Below, piece by piece: positions 27,201 to 41,214 of a stretch of 64,000 bases of DNA. The DNA comes from Lama glama. Lineage: Eukaryota. The notes beneath the pieces were generated by a model, which saw nothing but the letters and a program-made list of their open reading frames with translations, had not been told where the DNA came from and ran no database searches. The number at the start of each line of letters is the position of its first letter. The stretch's first letter is position 1. The stretch is taken from the NCBI GenBank assembly GCA_028534125.1, contig CM052816.1, positions 50,284,001-50,348,000 of the forward strand. The letters are read 5' to 3'. Made by a program: the position numbers and the translations under genes.

Positions 27201-28521
27201 CATGAACATGCTTATTCCAAGAATTCATGCTTAGGTGAAATTCAAAACCAAATAACTCAGAGAACTTGTATCTAAAGTCTTAGTAAAAAGTGAGCTAAAC
27301 AAGTAATTTGAAACTTAGAACTTGGGAGTTCCTTTCTTTCTAATTAAATTTTAACCATTAGTTACTATGGTCCATTTTAAATTCTAAATCTTCCATGAAG
27401 ACTTTTTTTTTTTTACTTTCTACATTCAGGCTGATTTTTATTTTTTCTAATCACTCAAAGTACCTAACATCTGCATCCAGTATTTCAATATATAGTTTAA
27501 TTCATTTAATATTTTACTATGATTAGCTCACTGTGTTAGGAAAATATAACAAATTTGATAAAAGTAACACAGGATTCCTGCCCTCAGGAAGCTTTCAGTT
27601 AAACTTTTTACTCTCTCTATTTTTTTTTCAAAGACTTTTTTCATCCTAAATACTTTAAAAGTAGCTTGAAGGCAAGGACTATGTGATATAATTTGTTGAC
27701 AAACAGTGATTTATTCCTTCAGGAATTCTATAAACATATCAATTTAGGATTCAAGTAGACTTTTCAGACAGTTTTTATGGATAACATGATTCACAGGAAG
27801 AATTCTGAATTCAAGGTTAGGAGATTTTTATTTATGCTTCCCCATATTAAGATTTTGGTCAGGTGGCTGCACTTTTCTGGATCTGTTTTTTAACGTAAGT
27901 TGTGGAAAGTTAGGATTACTACAAATGGTCTTGGAGTTCTTTCAGTCTCTGAATTCTAAGACATTTTTGCTCAAATAGTTGAGTATAGACTACTTTGCAA
28001 AACACAGATTCTCAACAAATATCTGTGGAATAAATGAAAAATGTGAATTAAAAAGGAAAGATTAATGACAGAAGAAGAAACTATCTTTGTAGAGTTAAAG
28101 GTTAACATATAAGGATTTTTCAAATAAAGTGAATCAATGAAACTTCTCCAAATGATGACAGCCTTACTAAAAATGGCTTAGGTTCTTAATACTATAGTTA
28201 CAGAGAGTTCTATGTTTTATTACTTGACTTCACATTGCATTAAAACACACATACATTGTAACATGAATCAAAGTTGCAATACTACCATCTAATTAACAAT
28301 AAATCGTGTAGATCAAAAGTCAGATTTGTCAAAAGAAGTATCTCATCCTGGGAAAGCTTCTCTGAAATGTTAGAATGAATGACTGACTTCTCTTTTACCT
28401 TTCTGGGAGTTAAATTACCAACATTTAAAAAAATCATGTATCCAGTTATTGGCTCATTTTGTAAAGACATTTTCTCAGCCAAGTTTAATATTGGTATTAC
28501 CATGACTAGAATATCAATCTT

Positions 28522-28549
28522 TTTTTTTTACATTTTTTATTGATTCATA
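28522..28549 (-). mobile_element. 28-nt L1 3'-terminal micro-insertion
   Basis: The reverse complement tatgaatcaataaaaaatgtaaaaaaaa lies between perfect 15-bp direct repeats tagaatatcaatctt (28507-28521 and 28550-28564). Confidence 0.85.
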
Positions 28550-28849
28550 TAGAATATCAATCTTATTCAAATGAGAAGCATTAGTATTGTTTGGAGTTAA
28601 TTACTTGCATTTTGTAACATATTCTGAGAATATTCCTGAAACAGCAAGGTGCCAATGTGAGCAAACTGAGAGATCCAGAAAAATGTGTAATGACTGATGG
28701 CACTGTGACACTTGAAAAATCATTCTTATTTGAGTATGACACAAACAGTGGTTCTGAAGTCAAAAACCAAAAGTCAATTTGTATGTGGCTTAATTATATC
28801 TCTACCTTCACAATAACACATAGGATTCAATTCCAGTTGAATTAAACAT

Positions 28850-29700
28850 TTAAACGAGAAAAGGCAAGAATTGAAAGCATTTAGAAGAAAATAAAGGAGC
28901 ATATCTTTAGGATACAGATGTTCTTTTTTAAGGCAGACAGTGAAACCATAAAGGTAAAGATTGATAAATTCAATCATTTTAGAAGCAACAGAAGTAAGTA
29001 GTATTGTTCATCAAAAGATACCTTGAAGAGAATGAAAAGACAAGTCACAAACTAGGAGGAAATACTGCAACATATGCTACTAACAAAGGGTTATTATCCA
29101 AAGAATTCCTACAAACAATTAAAAAAAACCTAACATACTTAAAATATATATAGCAAAGAAAATAGGAACGTCCAAGAAGAGGGAACAGCAGGGGCAAGTA
29201 AGCATACGATAATAAACTCAACTTCAACAGTAACAAAGAAGTGCAAATGAAAACCAGTATGAAACATTTTATACCAGATTAGCAAAAATGAAAATGTCCA
29301 ACAACAGCAAAAATCACAGAGAACATGAAATAACAGGATAAATTACTGCTGGCTGGAGTGTAAACATTTGAAACCACTTTGGATAACAATTTGAAAACAA
29401 CTGCTCAGGTGTGTAAGAATTCCTCTCCTAGGTACATACTCTGGAAAACATTTGCATATGTGTGTCAGGAGATACATGCACAAATGCTCATAGGTGGATT
29501 ATTTATAATAGTGAAAAACTGAAAATTACTCAATGTCTCCACAGGAAAATGGGCAAGTCAGAATTTTCATACAATTAGTTATGATATGTCTACACCTATG
29601 CATAAATCTCAAACATAATGTTGAGCAAAAAAGCAAGGTACAAAATAATACCTACAATATGATTCTATTTACACAAAGTCAAAAACATGCAAAACTATAC
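28850..29700 (+). mobile_element. Old L1ME-like ORF2 3' end and 3'UTR
   Basis: tcatcaaaagatacc...aatgaaaagacaagtcacaaactaggaggaaata...gtgtaaac...accactttgga degenerate L1 motifs. Confidence 0.75.
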
Positions 29701-29879
29701 AATATTACTCTTTGAACACTGGTGTGTGTGTGCGTGTGTGTGTGTGCGTCTGTGTATGTGCATAATTGTTCTGGATTTTGTTTGCTCTTCAGTGACAACA
29801 CTCTCAGAGTTCTGAGTCTTATAACTCTGGCTATTGTGAAGATGATGACACAGAAGGGGCAGTGCTATGCATAAAGGGT

Positions 29880-30230
29880 TCCATGTAGACATAATGAGTA
29901 AGTCTGAAGTGACTGCAGGATACCTAAATGGAGACAGATGCTGAGTTTGTAAACGCTTCTATAGATGCAGACCACAAGAGAGATGATTGGACTACATGTA
30001 CAGAGATGGCCGTCACTGCCCTATCACTGGCCACTAAAGGCAAATGAGTTGAAGAGATCACCCAGAGAGAGTCTACCAGAGGGAAAACATTTAGTATAGA
30101 GTCCTGGGAAATACTAAAACTGCAGGGGCAGATGGCGAGTGAAAGAAATGAGTAAGAGGAGGCTGAAATAGAATGATTCAAGAGATATGGGGAGAACCAG
30201 GGAAGAGAGTTGTTGCAGAAGTCAAGAACC
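29880..30230 (-). mobile_element. L2 fragment
   Basis: aatgagttgaagagatcacccagagagag...gagtcctgggaaatact...ggagaaccagg. Confidence 0.55.
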
Positions 30231-32029
30231 AAGTTTATTTTGCGTGCCCACAGCTTGTGCTATTCCCATCTGCCATCCAAATGCTGGCTTTCTATGTATC
30301 TTTGACCGCTTGAATCTGTAAACACATGTTAGGTAAATTATTTTCACCCACTGTGAATTATCTGGAGTTGAGAAGAATAACCTGGAAGGATGCTGCTATG
30401 CTTGTGATTCATCATAGACAGGAAGAACAGGCACTGTTTTGTTTTGGAAAGAAGAAAGTCTTAATCTCTTGGACTGCAGCGGTCAGAGAAAAATCTAGCA
30501 AAAAGGCCAACTAGTCAACTCCCGTCTGGCCACCAAAGCAGAGCATTCTTAAGCAGCTGTTTCTCTCACGTTTTGATAAAAAGAGAGAGAGAGAAACAGA
30601 AAGAGATCTTTGTTTTACTACCAACTTCCCTGGCATCTACCCATCTCATCTGACTCTCCCCTGGGATGGAGGTAAAGATCAGATGTGAGGCAAGGGATGA
30701 AGATGAGAGATGAGGTAAGGGCAATGTATTAGGAGAGAAACAGACCGAGCATTGGCTGGAACATACATTATTCGGTAATAATAAAAGCCAAATATCTAAT
30801 GGTTTGTTTTTTAGGATGTAATAAATCAAACCTTCATCAAAATGACCACAAAAAGCAGCCAAGTCAAAGTATGAGGTCTTTGCTACTATTTAACAAGAAG
30901 GCAACTATCGTACTGGCCTTAACAGAGTTAACATTATGGAATAAACTCAATTAGAGAAACATCTCTTAAATGGAATACTTGTAAGTAATAGGCTTAAAGA
31001 TTTGATATCACCAATACCACCGTATTTTCAAATTAAATTTTAGTATTTTAAAAACTATTTGAACTTAAAATAAATGGGAAAATAGCTACACATTTCTAGT
31101 TGACCTTATAAAAACCAAAAGCGTCTCCTAAATAAATTAACAGACTGAAATCATCAAGATTCAGTAAGACAAATGCTAAACATTGTCTGGAATTCAATAA
31201 GCCTAGACAGCATTTCACTGGCCTGAGAAAATGAAGAGAAGCTGAAACTTTCTTTCTGGTAGCCAAAATGGCAAATAAAAGAAATTGTGTTAGTTATCAT
31301 CCATTAATTTCCTAAATATTTTTTTCTAATGAATATTCCTTTGCTGTTTAACTTTACCAAGAATACTAAGAAAATAGAAATATGCTTTTGAAATAAGTAA
31401 TTTTGAATGAAGCAAAGAGAATTATGAAGAATACACAATGCTAAGATGTACTTATATGCTTTATAGGTCTGGGGAAAGAATAATTATAAATTTTCCCTTT
31501 AAAATTTTCATGTGGTGGATTTGAAAATAAGATTCTCTAGTTCTATATAATTGAAGATTTAAAGTCACAACCATTAAGGTAAATATGTCCATAATCCATA
31601 AGGATGTCAAAACTTACATAGGAATTTCATAATAATAAATTGGAAGACTTCTGTCATTCTTATCCTAAGATAAACAACATTATTTTGGTATTTCATTTGG
31701 TGAGCAATATCAAAATCCTTACGTATTTCAAAAAATCAATACCTGAAAAAGCCTATATTAAACTTTCTGCATACTTTGCAAGTTTTGAAGTAGTATAGAT
31801 GACATTTGCTACTGCCAATCTGCCTTTTATGAAAGTAGAAAACTGTCATCTGAATAGGAAGTGATTCTTCACAACAGGTCATTGCTTTTTGCTGCCTGGT
31901 GCGCTACAAGTGAAGCCTCTCTCACCAGACTAGAAGCTTCTCAAGTAGAACAGCTCTGCTTTATTTGACCTGACTCATAAATGTTCCAGTAACTGCATGT
32001 ACTAATTAATGAACAAATGCTTGAATAAA

Positions 32030-32180
32030 AGAGGCAGCCTGTATTGACAGGAGGGCTCAGTAACGTTAAGCAACCTGCCCAAAGCCACACAGCCAGTAAA
32101 CATGGATATGAACAGGCAGACAAGTTAAAATGGAGCCAGGATAGGAACCTAGGCTTCCCTCACTCTAAAATCCATATCCT
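32030..32180 (-). mobile_element. MIR fragment
   Basis: gggctcag...gttaagcaacctgcccaaagccacacagccagtaa. Confidence 0.6.
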
Positions 32181-33026
32181 TAGGGCTGCATCAGTGTATG
32201 GGGTCACGAATTCTTATTTCTATTCCAGATGAAGACAGCTTGGTATTGTGCAGTGTGTCTCAAAAAGAAGTTCCATAGGACACTCTAAAAAATAAAATCT
32301 GTGGTCTTAAATATATGGAAAATATTTATTTTTCACCATTAAGTCCTCTAAGTCTTTCATGTGCATATTGCACATTTAGAGCTATGAAAGTTCTTCCATA
32401 AATGTGTTAAGTAAGTTATTAGGTAAAATAAAAGCAAGGTACAAAAGAGTTGTGTAGAAAATCAGGGTGACACACACATTTACAGGTGTATGTGTGTGTT
32501 TATACGTATATGGACTATCAGAATATCTCTGGAAGGATTCACAAGAAACTAGCAGTGGCCGACCCTGGAGAGAGGAACTTGGGCAGAAGGACAGGGGTAC
32601 TTTTTGCTGGATATTCTCTTAAACTGTTGAGATTTAAAAAAAGAAAAGTTTATATATAGATTATATCTTTTTACAGTGTTTTAGGGAAAAAAAGTAGTTT
32701 GTTTAATCTGGGTTTTACAAATGAATTTGACAGCCACAGCCTCTTTTCTCACTATCTCTCAACTACTAATATCCCAAGAAACTAGTGTTTCTGGAACAGC
32801 TGGCATTAGTTGCTTCCCTGTGAATATATCTTAGAGCCTGAACCCCGAAACGTAGTGTTCTAGTGAAGCAAAATAAAAACACCTAAGAGGAAGACAGAAT
32901 TCTGTGTCTGGCTCCCAAAAGAAATGGAGAAAACATGGGCAGACAAGAATACCCAGCCATGGAGGTTAGTGACTTCTAATGAAACAGGGACCAGGAGTGA
33001 TCGTTTCACCACAATGTGGAACCAGC

Positions 33027-33571
33027 TGTTGCAGTTTCCTGCTGCTGCTGTAACAAATTACCATAACATACTGGCTTAAAACAACACAAATTCATTATCT
33101 CACAGTTCTGGAGGTCGGCAATCTGACCCACATCTCACTGGGCTAAAAGGAAGGTGTTGGCAGAGCTCCGTTCCTCTCTGGAAGCTCTAGCGGAGAATCT
33201 GTTCCAGCTTCCAGAGGCTCCTCCCTTCCTCCATCTTCAAAGCCAGCAACGGCAGGTGGACTCCTTCTCACATCACTGCATCTGACCCTGCCTCCTCTGA
33301 CACATCTCCTTCTCTGACACTCCTTCTGCCTCTCTCTTCCTTAAGAGCCTTTATTTTACATTCAACCTACCTGGATAATCCAGGATAATTTATCTACTTT
33401 TAATGTCAGGTGATTAGCAGCCTTAATCCATCTGCAATCTTAATTTCCTTTTGCCATGTGCTCTTAACATAGTTTCAGATTCCGGGAATTAAGATGTTGA
33501 TGTATTCTTTTTTTCTTTTCTTTTCTTTTCTTTTTTTGCAGTGGGGGGGCTCACATTATTCTGCCACCATT
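33027..33571 (-). mobile_element. MLT1 (MaLR) solo LTR
   Basis: tgttgcagtttcctgctgctgctgtaacaaattacca...ggcttaaaacaacacaaattcattatctcacagttctggagg...ataatccaggataat. 5-bp TSD ccagc at 33022-26 and 33572-76. Confidence 0.88.
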
Positions 33572-34057
33572 CCAGCTTTAACTTGGTCAGGGCTCAACTG
33601 TTATTCTAACCTATCAGCTTAAATGTGTTTCAGGATCACTTAATAGAGAAACAGGTTGAGAAAGAGCAGGACACACAAGGCCCAGGGCTAAAAGAAACCC
33701 TCAAGCTGGCTGGCGGGGGCCTCTTCAAGTTCTGTGCAATAAGACCTGAAGCTCATAAGAACCCACCTTAGGGCTTCTTATCTATGGATGAACTGAACCA
33801 GAATCACTGAGATAAGCTGACAACCACATCATCCATCACTTAGTCATCCACTATTTACAGAGTGCTTACTGTGGGTCAGAGATTGTGTGAGATGCTTAGG
33901 ATACGAGGGAAACAAACATCCAAACCAGAAGTAACACTGAGGGGTAAGCTCCCCGAACAGATACAGCAGCCCTTGTCTGGGGGATAACACAACAGGAGCT
34001 GTCTTTCACTGTGGCAGCTCTCAACAGTAAGACAGTTAAAAAACCGCAGACAACACC

Positions 34058-34232
34058 ACCCTCACGCATGTGTGACTTGTGCTGTCAGTCACACAGGGCC
34101 ACAAGCTTAGAGGGGCCTCATCCCTGCTTTTAATGTTCTGCTGTCACTATCTTGAAATTCTTCATAATTTTGAACAAAAGGGCTCTGCATGTCATTTTGT
34201 ACCAGGCCTGCAAATTATTGCAGTCTGTCCTG
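34058..34232 (+). mobile_element. MER53 (hAT) non-autonomous DNA transposon
   Basis: cagtcacacagggcc...tttaatgttctgctgtcactatcttgaaattcttcataattttgaacaaaagggctctgcat...gcaaattat...gtcctg matches the recalled MER53 consensus. Confidence 0.8.
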
Positions 34233-35999
34233 ACAACGTGCTTTGAATGACCTTTGTGCATCAGACTCAAACTGAATTTAACCAATTGCTCAGACTTATT
34301 CCGGACCAACAAACGGTGGGATTTTTTTTTTTTTAAGCCAATTATGTCCTGATGTATAGACTCATTCTGTCCTACTCATAATCTAGTTTTGATCCTTAAT
34401 TAGCCTAACCACCAGTAAACCTCCTTTATAACACTTAAGAACCACTTGCTTTTTCTCTTCAAGGAAATACTTGGTGAATTTTTTCACTGGTATTTTTTTT
34501 TAATGCCTGCAAAGAAGGATGTATCTTTTGGCAAATAAATACCCCACTTTGTTACGCTTCTCCTCCTCCCTTGCCTTCTCTCTCTTCTTAAAGCTCCATT
34601 GTCTTTTGTTTTACAGTTAGAGAATGCAATTTCTATTTTAATTAACAGATTTTCCCATCTTTCTAGTTCTTGCTAGTGGACTTGATTCTTAGTGTTCTCA
34701 AAATTACCTACTCTAATTAATTCCTTAGCTCACAAAGCAACAAGCCTGTCACCCGGGCCGTGGCCTATCTCCTTCCCGTTTGCTTTGTTGAGTATCAGTC
34801 TGCTCCAAATCCTGCCTGAATATTTTCCAAAGCTTTTCATGAAATGAGTGACTAAGAATGATTTGATAGCCAGACATTTTAAAGAAGAAAGACTATTTTG
34901 TAACATCACCAACATCATCATATAACTTTTAGATAAAATGAGTATCCCACAACCAATATATAAAATGAACAAACTCAAAACTCATTTCTTTGCAAGTCTA
35001 CAAATTCATTGTGGTCTTATGGGTGAATATACAGAGAGGCTCCACTCAAATTCTGGGAAATGGTCTTTCTGTCTTAAAGAGACATGCTGCGAAGGGTTCA
35101 GAGCACTGCAAGAAGGCAGATGGAAACAATCTACAAAAATCTGTAGCTTTTGATTTTGAATTAAAAAGATTAAACTTTTCAGCTGACTTTAAAAATATAA
35201 CTAAAGTGTAAAGTAAAACCAAGGGTATAGACAGGCAGAATATATATATATATATTTTTAAAAAACAAACCACTATACCTCACAACTGGCTGCAATTCAC
35301 CATGAGATAAAGTGGTACAAGCCATGGGGGACTCTGTCCATATGCTTAGAATGTCTGGCTGAAGACCAATCTAACCTTTTTGCCCTGGAAAAGCTTATTA
35401 CATGTATGGTATTATGATGCCAATAAAAGTTCAAATGTCACTACTAAACTTCAATCAAATCCACACAGAAAGCAGTTGACTACAGTTGTGGGTTAACTAT
35501 ATTTACCATATACATTACCATATTAACTGCACCATAAACATTTTCTGATTGTGATATCTTTATGATTATATAAATTGCCAATTTTTTTACCAGATTTTTC
35601 ACTAAACTGTCATGTATTTTGAAGAGGCAGAGTGTCACATATGGTTCCATTAGTGTCTTAACTGGTACAGTTTGGTCTAATTTCTTTAAATGTCCCACCA
35701 TTGCAATCAATGCCTTAAAAATATAAAAGTAGTATTATTTCATCATAAGTATCCAAAATTCATAGCAGAGGAAGCTTTTACATGGCATTCAGAAATATCA
35801 TTAACAAATGTAATGAAATCAATGTTTCATAAAGGCATTGGTGTGACTTGCCAAAATGCAGGAACTGGCTGTAGCATTTAATTATTAAGGCTTGAACAAA
35901 CTCAGTAAATAATCAGTTAACAATTTAAATAACCATTGTTACCTAACTGATCTTATTTTGCTACTATAAAAAAGCTATATATCTTAGCTTTAATCATCT

Positions 36000-37060
36000 G
36001 CCATCTTAACTATACAATTATTAACTTTTCTCCTTGCCTTTTATTGCTTTCTCCTTCAGCCCATTTTCCAACTGCTACAAATGAATTATCTTTCTACAAC
36101 ACAAGTCTGATTATTACTTTGTACTCCTACAAGGTTATAATGGAAAATCTCTTGATATAGCAAAAGAAGAAAAAGTTACTGCATAATTTCTAGCTTATTG
36201 CCTGTCTTTCTGGCTCTAACTATCCAATGCTCTTCCATACCAAATTTCTCATCTACCACACATGTCACTCTGGCTTGATTGCCATACTTCTCCATATAGT
36301 TCCCTCAGTTTGAGGACTCTTTCTCCTACCTTCTTACTTAGCAGGCTCCTACTCATTAAAAGCCAAGTTCAGATGTCACTGCTTCTGGGAAATGTTCCAT
36401 ATACTCCTAGGCAGAGGAATTAATTATCTCCTGTGCTCCCATAGTACATCTTAAATCAAGTAGGTCTTTGTTCCTGTAACCACTGCTGTGTAACACACCA
36501 CCATAAACTTAAGGGCGCAAACCAATGACAATTTTAGTATTTTCATACTTTCTGTAAATCGGGAATATGCACAGGGCACAGTGAGGATGGACTGATGTTG
36601 TGAATACTGGAAAACTGGGGCTGACACAATGGCTGGGAGCTGGAATCCTCTGAAAGCTCATTCACTCCTATCTGGTGCTTGGCTGGGAGCCCTGAAAGAC
36701 TAGGACTGGCTCCTGGAGACTTCTGTGGCTTGGCTTCCTTGCAGCACGGCGGCCTAGGATAGTCAGACTTCTCACATGAAAGCATAAGACTGTAAGCATG
36801 AGGTGCCTTTTCCTGACTTAGCCTCTGCAAATCACATAGCATCACTTCTCCTGAATTCTCCTGAGTCAAAAGCCCACGCAGATTCAAGGGGAGGAGACAC
36901 TGAAACCACCTCTCAGTGAAAGGAATATCAGCCATAAACTTTAATTCTGTACATGCTTGTCACATTGTAAGCAACTGGAGAACAGGGACTATGATTAGAA
37001 TCACTGTTTATTTCAGAATTTGGCACAATTCCTAAAATAAAGAACTTTGTGTGTTGAAAC
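36000..37060 (+). mobile_element. L2 fragment interrupted by an MLT1 LTR
   Basis: Pyrimidine-rich L2 body (ctcctactcattaaaagccaagttcagatgtcact) that resumes after the LTR (cattgtaagcaactggagaacagggactatg). Confidence 0.6.
36465..36935 (-). mobile_element. MLT1 (MaLR) solo LTR
   Basis: actgctgtgtaacacaccacc...ggctgggagctggaatcctctgaaagctcattcact...cagattcaaggggagg. Confidence 0.8.
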
Positions 37061-37359
37061 TGACTAAGAAGTGTCTTGTTGAGGGTGTTTGCCTTTTTTT
37101 TTCTCTTCGAGTTGACTGTGAAAAAACTATAGCTCGTTTTACATATAATTTACACAGAATAAAAACCATTCCAGATCAGAAGGGCAACTATACATAGTTT
37201 TACAAATGCCATCACGTGAAATACATAGTTCAGCAAGGAAATTTTAATTTCATTTTTTAAAATTAACATTAATGAATATAGCATGATAGTAGTCCAAATA
37301 GTCAAATATTGCTAAAAGAAGACTGGCTACTCCCCTCCACCAATTTTCCACAAAAACAA

Positions 37360-37900
37360 ACAAAAAACTTGCTAGGATTTTTGTTCAGAATGTTGCTCAA
37401 TCTACACATCGGTTTGTGAGAACTGATATTTTAACAATATTGAAATATCCACTCTGAGAACATGGTGTATCTTTCTTTTATGTGGGTCTTTAATTTCTAC
37501 CATTTAAGTTTTGTAGTTAGTAGAGTAGAGGTTTTACACATTTTTCATTACCTTTTTAAACTAGATATTTGATGTTTTTATGCTGGTGTACATGACATCT
37601 TTTAAATTATATTTTCTAACTCTTGTTTCTAGTATATGGAAATACAATTGATTTTGTGCATATTGATTGCATGCTATGATCTTGCTAGATTCACTTGTTA
37701 CTTGTAGCAGTTTCCTTGTAGTCTTTTGGATTTTTTGTGCACATAATCATCATTTGCAAATAAAAATAATTATAATTTACACTTTCCAATGTTTATGGAT
37801 TTTCTTTTTTTTTCTTGCTTTTTTGAACTGGATAGGACCTGGAGGTCCTATATAATAATGAATATAAGTATAATAATGAATAAAAGTATTGGCAGTAGAG
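37360..37900 (-). mobile_element. Old L1 ORF2 fragment
   Basis: gagaactgatattttaacaatattga...aatacaattgattttgtgcatattg antisense ORF2 motifs. Confidence 0.75.
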
Positions 37901-39626
37901 GAAATTTTCATTTCTGACAATTGCCAGCCACTAGTTAGATCACTTTCCTTTACGACGTAACTTATATTACTTATTTGTCCAAGTAGTTTTGTATGTTTAT
38001 GACTGTATATGCTTATAAGTTCCCAGTAATACCATTAGTTTGGTTATACTCCACTTGACTGGAATGTTTGGGAAGAGAGACCTGTGGTTAAATGAATGGC
38101 ATTTCAATTCTCATGGCTAAAAGCCTCATAGCAAGTGCTGGTCAATTTCTAAGTAAACACACACTCAGAACCCAACAACTGGAAGATCCTAGTCAGTTGG
38201 ACTTTCTATTAACTTAAATTTCATTAAATTGTTGTTGCTGTTATTGTTACTGTCATTATTATTTAGGCTTTAGGAATATTAGTCAATTGAAACCTCTTCT
38301 GTCTGGCTATTGAGAAACAATAAGGAAAAATGAGAAGCAATCATACTTTCAAGTGAAAAACAGAAGTGAAATAAAACCTTCAGCTCCATACATTCTTTAT
38401 TCTGAGAAGAAATGTGATCCCTGTTAGCAACAGGGAATTATCACCATCAATCTCACGATCAGTGACCAATGAAGAAGAAGAATCAGATTTCAAAAATCAG
38501 AAACCATAAACAGAAATTAAAATGTTAAACCAAGAAATTCTAACACTTGTTTGGAATTAGGAAAGCTGTCATCCATAAATTCACATGCAGCCCCAAAAGA
38601 CAACCATGAAAATTGAATAGGTTATAAACATGCGTGGAAAATATTCAGCTAGATTCTACAGTCTGATCATAATTTCCCTTAAAAAAAAAATATATATATA
38701 TATTCCCTTAATTATATATTTAAGGGACTCCCAAATCCCCTCAGAATGTCACTGGGCCTCTGTGGATGGATAAAGATAAATCTTTATTTTAAATTGCTGT
38801 CTATTATAGTGCATTCTTTTATTGCTTTATGTAAAAATAGACCCCTTCATCATACTGCAAAAGAAGAAAGATGTTTGATATTTTCTAGTCTACTACAGGA
38901 CACTTTTCCAAAGCTGAGAAATTTGGAAGTGATTAGAAGGAACATTTAAAAATCCCATTTGTAAGAATATTAAGTTTCCAGAAGTCAGGAACCACGGTTA
39001 TCTTTGTATAGTTTAACCAGGTACAAGAGATTTACAACTTAAGAAAGAAATATTCGTAATAGAATTTGTTTTCAAACAAACTCAGGACACGTTTTTAAAG
39101 AAATGTTACAAATAATAGATTTTCTCAGATCATTCCACTAAGACTACTTAGCCTATGATACAAACACACTATTAGAAAGTATTAATGATGAGAACCAGTG
39201 GAGAACATAATCACAAAAATCTGTTTTTCATACACTTCTTACTTCAACTAATATATTCTCACTATAAGGCACTGTGCTAGCCTCTGAGATGAACACGTAA
39301 AACTAATCCCAGACTTTGAAAATCTCACAATCTCGTTGAGACTAGAAAAACAATATATTTAAACAATTAAATATAACATGCAATGATGAAGTACAAAGCA
39401 CTGATTTATAAGATTAAAAAATATTTTAAGTTCCGAATCTAGATGTCAGGAACACATTGGTGCTTACAGATAGCTTATCTGTATTTGTGGCTATAACACA
39501 TTACACATAAAATGGGCTATTTTATGTTTCCTACATGGTAATTTCCCACAACTCTTGAAGAGATACTTAGCTGTTAATGATCACAAGTAATTTTAAAACA
39601 TGAAATAAAATAAAACGAAAAAATAA

Positions 39627-39736
39627 GGGGGTCTATAGCTAAGTGGTAGAGCATGCGCTTAGCATGTATGAAGTCCTGGATTAAATCCCCTGTACCTCCA
39701 CTAACAAAAAATAAAATAAAATAAAATAAAATAAAA
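39627..39736 (+). mobile_element. tRNA-Ala-derived camelid SINE (vic-1 type) with (TAAAA)n tail
   Basis: ggggg...tatagctaagtggtagagcatgcgcttagcatgtatgaagtcctggattaaatcccctgtacctcc. Confidence 0.85.
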
Positions 39737-40259
39737 CTAATTTTTATTCATAACAGCAATAACTTGTTTCCTTTCCTTAAGCAACTTTTCTTATAAAGAA
39801 AATGGAACTGATTGTTGCATCAGAACACTAAATATTTAAGGGAAATATTTATTTATATTCATGGCAAGTTTATTAAAATAATGATAGATACTATTCAGAC
39901 AAACCTAATCCAAATATTCAGCATTTAGATGGGATGGGATTAAAAGGCTATTTCCACTTCTGAACGTCCCTTCTAGATCCAAAACTCTAGTATTACATTT
40001 TCAGGGTAGAAGAGAACAGTGCAACTTTTGGACTTCATTCAAAGTTATAAATCTAAATTTCCTGCATTACCTCCTCTCCTTAACTTATTCTAGGTGTTGA
40101 ATCAAAATAAAAAAAAAATTTTCTTAGGGTAAAAGAGTTACTTCTTAAACATTTGCTGAAAATAAATAATGAATTTCCCTATATAGAAATTCTATAGAAT
40201 TCCCCTATAGAAATTCTAAAATCTTGTAACAATTCTAGTGGATGCAAGCAAAAATAATT

Positions 40260-40660
40260 ATTTATTTTTTGGTACGTAAAGTAATATATGCATATTACAA
40301 AGACTTCAAAAACTTCATTAAAATAGAATAAACATTATCCTATCCATTCACCTGTTGATATTTTAGTGTATATCTTTTCTGAATTTATATACATATTATA
40401 TATATATAACATAAATCTTTTAAAAATAATTATGCTATAAAAATGCTTTTTATTATATTCTCCTTAATAATTCACTAGAGAAAACCTTTCTTTGTCAATA
40501 AATGGGTTTACATGATCATTTTGAATGGCCTCATAGTATTCCATCATATTGGGCTACCTTAAAAATATAACTGATCTCGACTCATAGTCAAAAATTGGAA
40601 AAATTTTAAATACTTATTGTAAATCACAACTCAGTGAACATCCCTGAATATACTCTTTCT
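40260..40660 (-). mobile_element. Old L1ME-like fragment
   Basis: ttttgaatggcctcatagtattccatcat...gtgaacatccctgaatata. Confidence 0.5.
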
Positions 40661-41062
40661 AAGTAATGTTCTTAAGACACAGGTCTATTTAATTCTAATT
40701 GAAAATGGCTAGCTGTAAGACTATAGTTCCTGAAATTTCTTACTCTTAGGAATGCTAAAGGGAGAAATACAGTTTACGAACAAGGAAGCAGGATATATAC
40801 ATTTTAATTGCTTGGAAATTAAATTATATTTAGATGAAAGTTCTAAATTACTGTGAACAACAACCACAGTAACTATCCATCTAAACCTAGGGAAAAAAGT
40901 GATTAAAACCTGGGAAATTGAAGAAAGTATTCATTAAAATACTTATATATTATCAATATAGAAAATAATAAAATAATTCTTTACATTTCTCATTAAAAAC
41001 CATCCCAACTTTGCTTCCAGGCCACAAAAGATTCTGCCACTGCACTTTAGAAGTGGATCTCA

Positions 41063-41214
41063 GGAGAAGGGTATAGCTCAAGTGGCAGAGCACATGCTTA
41101 TTAGCATGTACAAGATCCTGGGTTCAATTCCCAGTACCTCCTCTAAAATAAATAAATAAACAAACCTAATTACCACCCTCCTCAAACAAATGAACAACAA
41201 CAAGAAACTATTGC
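41063..41214 (+). mobile_element. tRNA-Ala-derived camelid SINE (vic-1 type), long form
   Basis: ggagaagggtatagctcaagtggcagagcacatgc...tcctgggttcaattcccagtacctcc plus a 3' extension. TSD agaagtggatctca (41049-62) / agaagtgaatctca (41215-28). Confidence 0.9.
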
